IMG/VR virus record: IMGVR_UViG_3300003323_001224
Coordinates: 1 to 64,000 of that record
Reading direction: 5' to 3' (one strand)
Length of the DNA: 64,000 nucleotides
From: a virus
Shown: positions 31,705 through 41,897 of the stretch, in pieces
Layout of the letters: the number at the start of each line of letters is the position of its first letter
How positions within the stretch are numbered: the stretch's first letter is position 1
Position numbers and translations under genes: made by a program
The notes under the pieces: model-generated
The model's database searches: none
Told to the model about the DNA's origin: nothing
Seen by the model: only the letters and a program-made list of their open reading frames with translations

Positions 31705-33054
31705 ATGGCAGCAGGAGCACAAGGCACCTTAAACAAAGCGTTTATCAGTGCCATTTCTTTCCTCGATCAAAGGGACATCAACCCCAATTTATTGAATATT
31801 CAGCGGGACGATCAGTTTACGGATATTATGAAACTGGTGGGTCGGTACAAAGAGGCAAAGGTGCCGACTTATAACCATTTCGTCAACAACCCCGTATTTG
31901 CGACGGGAACAATATCCTCAGTGTCCAGCGGATATGGTACGGCCATCATGACCGTCGTCCTCACTTCCGCGACATCTGGTTATGCACGTGTAGGTGATCT
32001 TGCACGTTCAAATAATACTAACATGGTGGGGCAACAGGCATGGGTCTCCCAGGTTACAAGTGTATCCGGAGTGGATACCATCAAATTACAGTCGGTCAAT
32101 AATATGCCGCTGTATGGCGTTGCTAACGATATCCTATCTTTCTCCTCCAACGCGTTTGGTGAAAAATCCGATGCGCCGGTCAACCGGAAATATGGCGTAA
32201 CCCGGTACGTCAATCAGGTGCAAATCTTCCGTGAAGTGGATGAGATCACAGATGTACAGAAAGTTTCCAAGGTGGAAATTACGGTTGAGGGGCAACCGTA
32301 TTATACGCCCGTTCAGCACATCTATAAGTTGATTGCACTGAATGGTTTTATTTCTGCGCAAATGATCATTGGCGTGCAGTCATCTACACTCTTCTCGGAT
32401 GCTGCACCTTATTTAGCTGACGCTAACGGGAATCCCATTCAAACGACCATGGGGCTCGACGAGTATGTCACCACCTATGGGATGACCAGCACTGTTACCA
32501 CATTGGGGACAGTTGGCTTCACGGATGTGAATAATCTCATCGACAATTTCCTTTCGAAGAAGGCGCCTCATCAGTATATGGGGTGGGGCGGCAGTAAATC
32601 TAAACGTCCATATGATGTATGGTTAAAGAATCTCGGCTCATCTGGCGTCAATTCAGTACGTATGGTGGTCGATGGAAAAAGTGTGGATATGGAAGTTGAT
32701 CAATTTTCTTATGGAAATTTCGAATTTCAATTCATTAACCTTCCCATTTTTGACCAGCCGGAATTAATGGGACCCACCGTGCTGCCTGATGTTAATGGTT
32801 CCATTTATTGGACGCCAAAAGATAAGATTCAGGTCGTCGGCGGAGGTATGGAAGCACGTATGCAGATCAGGTATCTTCCAAAGGCGATGGCGGGTGGCAC
32901 CAGCATAAGTAATGGTATCATTACGGAATGGAATACCGGTGCACTGGCGCCCATTCCGACCAATGATTCCATGTACTGGCGTACAAACTGGTATACTAAC
33001 CAGGGCCTGGAAGTTTTGGGGGCCACCGTCTTTCAAAAGCAAAGAGTGGTTTAA
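31705..33054 (+). CDS. major capsid protein
   Basis: 449 aa after the scaffold; FGEKS..NQVQIFRE and TTMGL motifs; followed by a hairpin. Confidence 0.75.
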   Translation: MAAGAQGTLNKAFISAISFLDQRDINPNLLNIQRDDQFTDIMKLVGRYKEAKVPTYNHFVNNPVFATGTISSVSSGYGTAIMTVVLTSATSGYARVGDLARSNNTNMVGQQAWVSQVTSVSGVDTIKLQSVNNMPLYGVANDILSFSSNAFGEKSDAPVNRKYGVTRYVNQVQIFREVDEITDVQKVSKVEITVEGQPYYTPVQHIYKLIALNGFISAQMIIGVQSSTLFSDAAPYLADANGNPIQTTMGLDEYVTTYGMTSTVTTLGTVGFTDVNNLIDNFLSKKAPHQYMGWGGSKSKRPYDVWLKNLGSSGVNSVRMVVDGKSVDMEVDQFSYGNFEFQFINLPIFDQPELMGPTVLPDVNGSIYWTPKDKIQVVGGGMEARMQIRYLPKAMAGGTSISNGIITEWNTGALAPIPTNDSMYWRTNWYTNQGLEVLGATVFQKQRVV

Positions 33055-33077
33055 TCTCAGTATCCCTTCCACATACA

Positions 33078-33103
33078 GAGGAAGAGCCCGTAAGCTCTTC
33101 CTC
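33078..33103 (+). terminator. hairpin after the major capsid gene
   Basis: GAGGAAGAGC-ccgtaa-GCTCTTCCTC. Confidence 0.6.
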
Positions 33104-33128
33104 ATCTAATAAACCAAAAATCAAATCT

Positions 33129-34007
33129 ATGCTTCGCATTTACAAGGACCTGAACAATATTTCACCCGAGCTGCGGAAAAAACTAAATGAAGAACTAAAA
33201 GCAGTAGGCAAGATTGTAAAATATAAGTTTTACATCGCAAAAAAGAACCCCGATCCCGAGCACAAGCCTAATGAAGAGTATCTCTATCCTGCTCTTTATA
33301 CTCTTACCCCGGTCGTATTCTTTATCCCGGATGGAGAAGATAGGCGACAAGTAAGGATCGGACTGTTTGATACTATTGTGAGAAACAAAGATCAGGACGA
33401 GGAAAAATTCAATAGGGTGGCTTTGCATAATAGAGATGAAGGTATCCTAACCTTGGACCTGACACAACGAGAACATCAGGAGATGTTTGAATATTTGGAA
33501 CTTCATCCGAAAAATGAAAATGGTTTTTTCCGAGATAAGAACATCCCTGCCATGTTCTGCCGTATCGATGAGCTAAAGGAAGCTAAACAACGTTTGCGTA
33601 CACGGGAAATGAGGGGGCAGGCTATGATGGTGGCAACAAGATTAGACGAAGAAACGACGCGCAGTTTCGCCGCTGCAATGAACTGGAACGACTTGGATGA
33701 CTATGAAATCTTAAAGGATAAGATCACTACACTAGCTGATCAAGATCCTGAGTTTTTCAGAAAAGTAATTGATGATCCTTCTTTGGAGTTTAGAGCGACC
33801 GTCAAAAGAGCCATAGATGCAAATATTGTTAGTTGGCATCCGGCTGAAGGTAAATTAACCTGGACCTCTAATAATGGCACTATTTGCGTATTAGATCGTA
33901 ACAGTGCCGAAAAATATATTGAATCATTGGGCGAATGGCTAATGACCTCTAAGAACGGCCCTGAAACATTTAAAAAGATCAAAGCACTTCTTAGCGGCAA
34001 GGCCTAG
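33129..34007 (+). CDS. protein downstream of the major capsid gene (crAss-like)
   Basis: EYLELHPKN and AIDANIV motifs; position. Confidence 0.55.
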   Translation: MLRIYKDLNNISPELRKKLNEELKAVGKIVKYKFYIAKKNPDPEHKPNEEYLYPALYTLTPVVFFIPDGEDRRQVRIGLFDTIVRNKDQDEEKFNRVALHNRDEGILTLDLTQREHQEMFEYLELHPKNENGFFRDKNIPAMFCRIDELKEAKQRLRTREMRGQAMMVATRLDEETTRSFAAAMNWNDLDDYEILKDKITTLADQDPEFFRKVIDDPSLEFRATVKRAIDANIVSWHPAEGKLTWTSNNGTICVLDRNSAEKYIESLGEWLMTSKNGPETFKKIKALLSGKA

Positions 34008-34075
34008 CAATTGTTTAGATTTTGATTTTGGTTTATCGCTTTGTCTTCACCTGGCGATTTTATTAAAGATAGAAA

Positions 34076-35320
34076 ATGGCAGATCTGTCACAATACATAT
34101 CTATTGCTGTAGTGTTGGACAAAAGCCAACCAAGCCCCATTTTTCGTATTGTTGATAATAGCAACTATCCGCTGGGTGTGGCGCAAACGATTGCGGGGAT
34201 CTTGAGTGTAACCCAGCCAGATAATATTACCATTCAGAATACGGATTTCTCACAGCCAGATATATACTGGAATACGAGTGCCCTCGTACCTGCTGATCTT
34301 GAGCTGAGATTAGATAATACGGGCAGCTTCCAAAGAGGAGGCAGCGGCTATCGTATTATTTATACAGTTCGGGCGCCTGGGTATGATGATACTATTTTGA
34401 CGAAAGTCTTTTCGCTTTCTTACACTCCTCCTGCCATTGTCATCACCAATAATTTTGATATATTCACGCCGGATCTATCCGTCCAAGATAGCACCAACTA
34501 CAACCAATTATCCCTAGATTTTATTTCCGTTGTCAGGGCGTGGTTAGCGAACATTATTTCTGTTGAAGGCACCACGCAAATCATCAGCGGGACCGATCAG
34601 GTGTTCGATCTCAATTATCTTGGGAGTTACTACGACTCCCAATATGATATTACCCTATCCATCACTCCTCAATGGCGCTTACAGGGGACATCCAATTTTG
34701 TTACGATCATCGATGAATTGGCCGATGACATTACGCTCTATGCGCAAATACCGCCTTCATTAGCTGACCTACAAGTAGACCTTGCGACACTCAAAAGTGA
34801 ACTTGATGCAGCAGTCTGTGATTGCAATTTATACCGCATATTGTTTGATCGATACAATTTAGCTAATTCCATCTATTCGCAATTGGTGGCAAGAGGACAG
34901 GCAGGGTCGTTGTCTGGATTGGATGTATATATATATCAACTGGAAAAGATTTTCAATAATAATGTTAACCCCACCTATGAAAACACGAATGAGATAATTC
35001 CGGCTTATGACTGGAATACCGGTGGCGGAGGCAGTGTGGCTTGGACCAATATAACCGGAAAGCCCAGTTCTATCACTGTTGAATGGGTCGTCGGGCAAAT
35101 GGGGTATCCTGGTGAAGGGGCGACTACTTACACGAATACTAATATGGTCAATGTACCCGTAAGTAGGATTTATGTTTTTCGAAACGGATTTCCGCAATTC
35201 TCCTCCAATCCGCCAGATGGAGACACCTATTACACTAAGAATCTTGCTGATAACTTCCTGACTTTTTCGGTAGCGTTGGGTCTAAACGAAAAAATTATCA
35301 TACTCATACTTCCTCTATAA
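34076..35320 (+). CDS. virion structural/tail hub protein
   Basis: Beta-rich, with the fibre-type motif VAWTNITGKP; contains a CRISPR protospacer. Confidence 0.5.
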   Translation: MADLSQYISIAVVLDKSQPSPIFRIVDNSNYPLGVAQTIAGILSVTQPDNITIQNTDFSQPDIYWNTSALVPADLELRLDNTGSFQRGGSGYRIIYTVRAPGYDDTILTKVFSLSYTPPAIVITNNFDIFTPDLSVQDSTNYNQLSLDFISVVRAWLANIISVEGTTQIISGTDQVFDLNYLGSYYDSQYDITLSITPQWRLQGTSNFVTIIDELADDITLYAQIPPSLADLQVDLATLKSELDAAVCDCNLYRILFDRYNLANSIYSQLVARGQAGSLSGLDVYIYQLEKIFNNNVNPTYENTNEIIPAYDWNTGGGGSVAWTNITGKPSSITVEWVVGQMGYPGEGATTYTNTNMVNVPVSRIYVFRNGFPQFSSNPPDGDTYYTKNLADNFLTFSVALGLNEKIIILILPL

Positions 35321-37749
35321 TGAAGCTGTTTTTAACATTAGTCTCCGTTATTTTTTGCTTTTTGGCACCGGGGCAAACCATTCAATACTTAGGGAGTCCA
35401 ACGACTCAAATATATGTTCGAGGACAACTGCGCATTGACACGGTGGTATATTTTCCTTTGCGGGATACTAATTTTACGCCTTCTCAGGTTGGTGCGCTCG
35501 TAGTAAAATCAACCGTGCCATATCTTTGGACCGGTACAAAATGGACGGCGATCGCTACAGGCAATCCTATATGGGGAACCCTGCAAGGAACGCTTGCTGA
35601 TCAGACTGACCTGCAAAGCGCCCTGAACGCCAAACAAAATAGTTTATCAGCAGGATATGGCATAAAGATAGCCACCAACACGGTTCTTTTCGATAGCGCT
35701 ACTGTGCGTAAGGTAGATACGATCTATCGACAGAATGATTCCACACTCATTTTTACGGTTAACGGCGCAACGAGATCAGTTTTGTTACGGGGGACTGCTG
35801 CGGGCGGCATTAATTCACTAGTACTTAATGTGCCTTCGACGGTGTTTAGCGACCCGATCACTTTTAATAATACCGGAGGCGCATGGTCTGGAACCATGGC
35901 CCTGGTAAACCAGGATGCGAATACTTTTTTCGGTGGTCCCTCTATTGGGTCCCCTGGACAACCTTCTTTCAGAGCATTAGCAACGGCAGATCTACCCACT
36001 GGTATCCCTAATGCGAACTTGCAAAATGCTAGTATTGGCGTATCGATTGGCAGTAGCGGCACCAACATTACTGCCAGCCCCAGCCCTGTTGCATTAGGAT
36101 CTACAATTACGATATCGATCCCGACCGCCAGCTCAGCGGCGAGAGGGGCGCTGACTGCAAATGATTGGACATTTTTCAATGGCAAACTAGATAGCATTCA
36201 TATTTCCAATGATTCGGTTTACAATTGCGTAAATGGAGATTGCAGCCTGGTAAGTGTGTTACCTATACTTACTGTCTCATTTAATCAGGGATTGTTCGAT
36301 AGTGCAAATACTATACAATTGGGTGAACCTTTGAATGAGAGTGGGAATCCTGCTCAATTTTACCAGCATCGGGAAATTCCTTTAGGCGGTAAGTCTTTAA
36401 CTTGGTGGGATACGGCCAATAACGTCCTGGGGGGTAGGTTGGTTTTGAATGACACCCAATATACCAGTCTAATAGGCAATGTAAAGGTGCAGATGCGGCA
36501 ATTTGCCGATCGGGGCAACGATGCACATATGTGGAATACATGGTATCCACGGAATTATACCACCTTGTATGCCGCCGGGAAACCGAATGGCGCTCCCATG
36601 AAGGCGCTTGGCTGGAGCTGGGGTTATTCGGAGAATACATCTGGAGGTCTCCCCGCACCGGATAATGTGTTTGGCGGCGGATATAATATTGTGAATGCCA
36701 CTGCGCGCGCAGATACAGGGGACGCTGCCCTATCATTGCGGGTTGAAACAAATTTCAATGTACTGGGCACATACGGAGCCTTTGAAATGCATTGGCCTGA
36801 GTTGACGCGATTCAGTGGCACCCAACAACGGGTCAACAGCTGGTATTCAGATAAAACGACCGGAAATACTTTATGGGAAAGCAATCTAAACAACCATGAA
36901 TACAAGAAAATCTTTCAGCATGTAGGAGAAGATTGGCTTCAATTCAATTCCAACGGGGATGACTATCCAAGCATAACGATGACGGGGACGCACAATGCTG
37001 GCATTGATGGATTGATACAAATGGTAGACAGCAACGGTCATTCAGTGCAATTGCGAAGCATTGATGGAGACTTTAGTTTTATACAAAACAGCGTATATAA
37101 TACTCAGCCGCTTTATATTGATCCAAGTGCCATTATTTATTTAAATAATCGCTTTACTAATGCCGCTCCCGTTGGCTACACCGTTATTGGCAATTATGAT
37201 GACGGATCGCAGCCTTCTGGCGTAGCTACAGCGCAATTGGCTGTTACGAGTCAGCACAAGGGATTTTTGCCGCCCATCATGACGACCACACAGATGAACG
37301 CGATAACTTCTCCAGCAGCTGGGTTATGTATTATCAATTCTACGGATAAACAATTGGCTGTTTTTTCCAATTTTTATTGGGAAACACATCCCGGATTAGT
37401 TGGCGAGGCGGATGTGACGGGGCAGACAGGTTCTGTTAATTTGGTAACTTTTGAGCCGGTCACCAATGGAACATACCGGGTGGGTGGCTATATTACCATT
37501 TCGGCAATTTCTACAGACGTCATTCAATTACAGGTAACCTATACCGATGAGACAAGCACCAATCGGACAGTTGCCTTTTATCCCATGGGCGCAGCAACCC
37601 CGAGCCTTTCCACAACTGGCTTTTATGTTTTTCCCACTGTGGATATTCGCGCTCAAGCGGCTAATCCTATTACGGTAAGCGCTACGCTTACCGTTGGAGG
37701 GGGTAGCATTACTTATGACGCAGGAGGTTCACTTATGCGTATAAAATAA
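35320..37749 (+). CDS. tail fibre-like protein with N-terminal signal peptide
   Basis: Fibre repeats WGTLQGTLADQTDLQSALNAKQ, PSFRAL..DLP and KGFLPPIMTTTQMNAI; signal-like N-terminus MKLFLTLVSVIFCFLAPG-Q. Confidence 0.6.
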   Translation: MKLFLTLVSVIFCFLAPGQTIQYLGSPTTQIYVRGQLRIDTVVYFPLRDTNFTPSQVGALVVKSTVPYLWTGTKWTAIATGNPIWGTLQGTLADQTDLQSALNAKQNSLSAGYGIKIATNTVLFDSATVRKVDTIYRQNDSTLIFTVNGATRSVLLRGTAAGGINSLVLNVPSTVFSDPITFNNTGGAWSGTMALVNQDANTFFGGPSIGSPGQPSFRALATADLPTGIPNANLQNASIGVSIGSSGTNITASPSPVALGSTITISIPTASSAARGALTANDWTFFNGKLDSIHISNDSVYNCVNGDCSLVSVLPILTVSFNQGLFDSANTIQLGEPLNESGNPAQFYQHREIPLGGKSLTWWDTANNVLGGRLVLNDTQYTSLIGNVKVQMRQFADRGNDAHMWNTWYPRNYTTLYAAGKPNGAPMKALGWSWGYSENTSGGLPAPDNVFGGGYNIVNATARADTGDAALSLRVETNFNVLGTYGAFEMHWPELTRFSGTQQRVNSWYSDKTTGNTLWESNLNNHEYKKIFQHVGEDWLQFNSNGDDYPSITMTGTHNAGIDGLIQMVDSNGHSVQLRSIDGDFSFIQNSVYNTQPLYIDPSAIIYLNNRFTNAAPVGYTVIGNYDDGSQPSGVATAQLAVTSQHKGFLPPIMTTTQMNAITSPAAGLCIINSTDKQLAVFSNFYWETHPGLVGEADVTGQTGSVNLVTFEPVTNGTYRVGGYITISAISTDVIQLQVTYTDETSTNRTVAFYPMGAATPSLSTTGFYVFPTVDIRAQAANPITVSATLTVGGGSITYDAGGSLMRIK

Positions 37750-37755
37750 AATGCT

Positions 37756-39036
37756 ATGAAGAAAACTCTCTTTATTATACTGTCTTTTTTGCAAACTTTA
37801 TTAGTCGAGGGGCAGGACAGTCTTGTTCCTAACGGCACAATCATTGGAAACCAAACGGCTATTCCCATACCTGTTGGTCCATCGGGTGCGGCGCTGGGGC
37901 AAGCCTTGATCTACTATCCGGATGATTATTTTCAGGCTCAAAATGCAAATAAAAGATATCCATTGTATGTATTTCTCCATGGCGCAGGAGAAGGGAGATA
38001 TCTGAATATATCTGAGGTTACCAATACCTCTTTGCCCTATTTAATCAAGGGTGGGTTAAAGCCATATGGCATAGATCAGCTAACAGGTGACACCATTAAA
38101 TTCATTGTGATAAGTCCTCATTGTGCCCGGTGTAACGGCTCTTATTCTTATCCCCAACTCCAATATACAATACCTTACTTATTTAAGGCATATCGTGTGG
38201 ATACTTCTTGTGTGTGGGTAGGTGGTCTCTCTGCCGGTGCACGCGGTACTTGGAGTGTAGTGATGGGGGGTAAGGTAGGCGATACGGCACTGGGCAAACG
38301 GATCACGGGCATTATGCCAATGGCCAACGGAGGATATGACGAGTACCTTTCTTCGTTAGGTCCGAACCTTGATACTATTGCCAGGCGCGGCCTGGGTTGT
38401 CTATATGTGATTGGCGACCAGGACCCGGGCTATAACAGCATTGGTTTTTTCGCTTACCAAGCCGTTATGCGCAAATATTCATTGCCCGGTAGATATTTTG
38501 ATAGTGTAATAATTGGCGGCACACACAGCGCCAATGTTTGGAATCCTCCTTTTTTATTGACCTCGCGGTTATGGTCGAAAATCATGAATGCATGGACGCA
38601 AATGTGGTCGATGAGGAAAAAAATGGATACATCGCCGATACCCAACCCACTTAAAGCCAGGATATGGATCGACAGTCTTGTCATCCATTATCCAAATACT
38701 TCAGTGCAATTAGCGGACTCTTCTGAGGGAAAGCACAATTTTGTCAGTTGGGGTGCAACAAATTATCCAACAGGATCGCCAGGTAGATGGGCAGGAGGGT
38801 ATACCTTCTATGATATGCTTTACGCAAATTTAGTTGAGGGGGCATATAAAATTCAATTAGTGATAGGAGATAATTTCGGAAATACGGATACCGCCTTTGT
38901 CAATTTGAGAGTCTATGGGCCTCCGATTTGCCCGGTTCCCCGCACGTTAGTTGGATTGGAAATGACAATTATCAATGGCGCTCTAGCCTGGAAATTGACC
39001 TATTCTGATGGCTTCGTTGAAATTAAACAACAATAA
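37756..39036 (+). CDS. secreted alpha/beta hydrolase (esterase/peptidase-like) with Ig/PKD-like C-terminus
   Basis: Signal peptide; YPLYVFLHGAGE; nucleophile GLSAG; GDQD; GGTH. Confidence 0.7.
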   Translation: MKKTLFIILSFLQTLLVEGQDSLVPNGTIIGNQTAIPIPVGPSGAALGQALIYYPDDYFQAQNANKRYPLYVFLHGAGEGRYLNISEVTNTSLPYLIKGGLKPYGIDQLTGDTIKFIVISPHCARCNGSYSYPQLQYTIPYLFKAYRVDTSCVWVGGLSAGARGTWSVVMGGKVGDTALGKRITGIMPMANGGYDEYLSSLGPNLDTIARRGLGCLYVIGDQDPGYNSIGFFAYQAVMRKYSLPGRYFDSVIIGGTHSANVWNPPFLLTSRLWSKIMNAWTQMWSMRKKMDTSPIPNPLKARIWIDSLVIHYPNTSVQLADSSEGKHNFVSWGATNYPTGSPGRWAGGYTFYDMLYANLVEGAYKIQLVIGDNFGNTDTAFVNLRVYGPPICPVPRTLVGLEMTIINGALAWKLTYSDGFVEIKQQ

Positions 39037-39037
39037 A

Positions 39038-39292
39038 ATGAATAATAATTTTTTTGCAGAATTTATTTCTCGTCTTGGGAAAAGCAACCCCAAATTCTTT
39101 GATTACATACAAATAGTCGCATTGGGCTTAGGTGCATTGTCCACTGCCTTCAAATTCATCGACGCGCACAACACCGTCTTGCCTGATTGGCTGCAATGGA
39201 TTAAAAGTACAAGCGTGCTGATTGGAAGCGCCATTGCATTGGTCATGGGGCAGTTGCCTAATAAGGATGTCAATAATCTTACAAAAAAATAA
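39038..39292 (+). CDS. putative holin
   Basis: Small, two hydrophobic segments, upstream of the endolysin. Confidence 0.55.
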   Translation: MNNNFFAEFISRLGKSNPKFFDYIQIVALGLGALSTAFKFIDAHNTVLPDWLQWIKSTSVLIGSAIALVMGQLPNKDVNNLTKK

Positions 39293-39295
39293 ACT

Positions 39296-39760
39296 ATGAG
39301 CCTGAAGTCATTTATTGCCGGTATATGGTCCGCTATTAAAGGACTATTTCATAATCTGGCTGAAGAAGAAAAAAAATTGCTACCGATCGTCATTGGTGTT
39401 GTGAACAACATTAAATATGTCACCGATACTCCTATCGCAGATGTTGTAACGGCTTTGATTCCCGGCGATGTGGATGATAAAATTCGGGAAAAACTGCAAG
39501 CTTTTTTACCGAAGATCTTACTGGAATTGAATATGCTGAATACGTGTCAGCAGCTGCCGGATACGAATGCTCAATTACAATGCATTCTGAATAACCTTAA
39601 ACTATCCAGCGATCAGGCAAAGGATATTTACTATCATGGATTGGCTTCACTCATTCTCACTGAGCTTTCAGATGGGAAATTAAGCTGGTCCGACTGCACT
39701 GCCATCGCAGAGTATTATTATAAGAAGATTTGGAAAGAACAACCCGCTCAGGCAGCTTAA
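39296..39760 (+). CDS. hypothetical lysis-cassette protein
   Basis: Amphipathic N-terminus; position. Confidence 0.45.
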   Translation: MSLKSFIAGIWSAIKGLFHNLAEEEKKLLPIVIGVVNNIKYVTDTPIADVVTALIPGDVDDKIREKLQAFLPKILLELNMLNTCQQLPDTNAQLQCILNNLKLSSDQAKDIYYHGLASLILTELSDGKLSWSDCTAIAEYYYKKIWKEQPAQAA

Positions 39761-39860
39761 AAATAGAGTCCTCATCAGGAATGACGAGGACTAGTTTAAA
39801 CCTAAACACCCGCTCTCAATGCTGAAAAGCGACTGTTACTTCGTAAATATAGGGAAATAT

Positions 39861-40325
39861 ATGAAAGATCCAAAAAATCAGGCCATAATAGATCGCCTCC
39901 ATCCTATTTTCCGTCCCATAGCCGTCAATTTTATAGAGGAGATTGAAAAAGATTTCGGCGTCACTATACATATTGATAGTGGATACAGGAGCTTTACTGA
40001 GCAACAGGGTATTTATAACCAAGGTAGAAGCAAGCCGGGAAAGATCATTAGTTGGGCAAAGCCCGGTAGTAGCTGGCACAATTATGGTTTAGCCATTGAC
40101 ATCTGTCCTTGGGCGGCGGATCATAGTAAGCTGGATTGGAACTATGATTTCAGTAAATGGCGCGCATGTGCGGAAAAGTATCGGCTGACGTGGGGTGGTA
40201 ATTTCCCTAAAGGTAAAATAGATGAAGATCATTATGAGTACAAGGCGGGGTACACAATTAAGCAGTTATTACAAAAACACATTGCTGGCGATTTTATTCC
40301 CGGAACTGAATATGTAAAATTATAA
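39861..40325 (+). CDS. endolysin, peptidase M15 (L-Ala-D-Glu type)
   Basis: SGYRS..EQ..Y.QGR, SWHNYGLAID, WGG and DEDHYE motifs. Confidence 0.9.
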   Translation: MKDPKNQAIIDRLHPIFRPIAVNFIEEIEKDFGVTIHIDSGYRSFTEQQGIYNQGRSKPGKIISWAKPGSSWHNYGLAIDICPWAADHSKLDWNYDFSKWRACAEKYRLTWGGNFPKGKIDEDHYEYKAGYTIKQLLQKHIAGDFIPGTEYVKL

Positions 40326-40573
40326 TGGAAGACAAGGAGCTGCTTATACGGCAAACGGTACTTATCGAAGAGATTGTAAAAAAAGTAACGATTATAGAGG
40401 GGCGTTTAAATCAGCTAAACGATGAAGAAGTGAGGGAATTGGCGACACAGCAGGCGGTAATCAGCGAAAAGGTAGCACGTCTGGAAACCATAATCTATGG
40501 TGCGCTGAGTATCATTTTTATCCAAATAGTTGCATTAATATTTTTATGGATACAAGCAGCGAAAAAAATTTGA
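40325..40573 (+). CDS. coiled-coil protein with C-terminal transmembrane helix (XhlA-like)
   Basis: Coiled coil followed by a single hydrophobic helix. Confidence 0.55.
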   Translation: MEDKELLIRQTVLIEEIVKKVTIIEGRLNQLNDEEVRELATQQAVISEKVARLETIIYGALSIIFIQIVALIFLWIQAAKKI

Positions 40574-40974
40574 TGGCTCAGATAGCTGAATTAAAGAAGG
40601 AGTCTATTCGGAACGCTCGTCCAATATTTGATGCGCTGATAGCGCAATGCGTTGAAGCGGCTATAGTGGATATGAAGGATGGGACGATATTATACACCAC
40701 CGAAGCTGCTCATAAGCTTTTTGGTTATGTCAATGGAGAAATAGATGGAGGGAACATTAAAATGCTGATGCCGGAGCGTTTTAGAACAATCCATGATGGG
40801 CATCTGATAAATTTTGCGCACAGTCCAAAACAAAGGGGTATGGGAGCTGCTGCCATGGATCTTTATGGCGTGACAAAGAAAGGAGAAGAATTTCGGATTG
40901 AAATCAGTCTCTATCCAGTCGAGGCTATCGGGCGGCAATGTGTGGTAGTAACCTTTATGAGAACCAGGCAATAA
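40573..40974 (+). CDS. stand-alone PAS domain protein (FixL-like)
   Basis: EAAIVDMKDGTIL..AAHKLFGY..LMPERFRTIH..LYGVTKKGEEFRIEISL. Confidence 0.85.
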   Translation: MAQIAELKKESIRNARPIFDALIAQCVEAAIVDMKDGTILYTTEAAHKLFGYVNGEIDGGNIKMLMPERFRTIHDGHLINFAHSPKQRGMGAAAMDLYGVTKKGEEFRIEISLYPVEAIGRQCVVVTFMRTRQ

Positions 40975-41225
40975 AAAGAGTCCCATTGCTGGGACTCTAC
41001 CCTTGAAAACATACATGTATCTCGAAATAGCCATTAAAATTCAAAAATAAAGTTGGATTTTCAAAAAATATTTTTTTCCTTTGCTGAGATATGAATTGTT
41101 GTAACACGATATTTGTTTTCTCATCCCTCCCGCCGCAAGTCGTTAGGCGACCGGGAGGGTAATGTTGTTTTTCTTCTGGCTGAAGAATACCCCAGCCCCG
41201 GCAGCAATGCTGGGGTTCTTTTTTT

Positions 41226-41301
41226 CGGGTAGTGCGGAAGTGGTCATCCTCCGTGCCTTGGAAGCACGGCAACGCTGGTTCGAATCCAGTCTACCCGACC
41301 A
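41226..41301 (+). tRNA. tRNA-Pro(TGG)
   Basis: Acceptor CGGGTAG/CTACCCG; anticodon arm CGTGC-CT-TGG-AA-GCACG; TTCGAAT; encoded CCA. Confidence 0.85.
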
Positions 41302-41390
41302 GGAAGGTATGCCAGGCGGTTGGTAGCGCCAGCCTGTCTTGAAAACAGGAACCCATTCAGTTGGGCGGGGTTCGAATCCTCTGCCTTCCG
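41302..41390 (+). tRNA. tRNA-Ser(TGA)
   Basis: Anticodon arm CCTGT-CT-TGA-AA-ACAGG; long variable arm; TTCGAAT. Confidence 0.75.
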
Positions 41391-41396
41391 CAAATG

Positions 41397-41424
41397 AAAA
41401 GGGCACCTTGTTTTTGGTGCCCTT
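41397..41424. terminator. hairpin terminator (U-tract on minus strand)
   Basis: aaaaGGGCACC-ttgttttt-GGTGCCC. Confidence 0.65.
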
Positions 41425-41445
41425 GTAGCGAGAGCGGGAATCGAA
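41425..41445 (-). repeat. duplicate of the tRNA-Met 3' end (candidate attP core)
   Basis: GTAGCGAGAGCGGGAATCGAA matches 41898-41918 at 20/21. Confidence 0.6.
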
Positions 41446-41476
41446 GCGGTGCTGCCCGATCATGCAGCCCAGGCTC

Positions 41477-41896
41477 CTATTGCACTTGCTCTGAACTTAC
41501 ATATTCCGGTCTATCAAACGCGTCTCTTCTACGACAAGATATCTCAAAATTTTTCTTTTGATCGTTCCATTTTACTGTAATCATGAACTGTCCTGGTAGC
41601 CATTGCTGCTCTGTACAATGCAAATATCCGTGATCAGCCGGCGCATATCTGCCTGCAATGTAATAATAGATCGAGTCGCCTAATCCATGGCGCCTCTCTA
41701 TTCGAACCCATTTACCAGGCGTTAACAAGATTCCGTTAAGCTCTTGTTCACCATGCAAGGCGCAGCCAAATTCGAGATACTTTTTGTCCAGGTTCATCAC
41801 CCATAAAGTATCTACTTGGTTACACATTGTAGCAGAATGCTGTGCGGATGCGGTGTAACTCATCAGCACAACAAGTACTGTTGCGATCATTCTCAT
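41477..41896 (-). CDS. secreted hypothetical protein
   Basis: Signal peptide ending TASA-Q; flanked by tRNA 3'-end repeats. Confidence 0.6.
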   Translation of the reverse strand: MRMIATVLVVLMSYTASAQHSATMCNQVDTLWVMNLDKKYLEFGCALHGEQELNGILLTPGKWVRIERRHGLGDSIYYYIAGRYAPADHGYLHCTEQQWLPGQFMITVKWNDQKKNFEISCRRRDAFDRPEYVSSEQVQ

Positions 41897-41897
41897 A

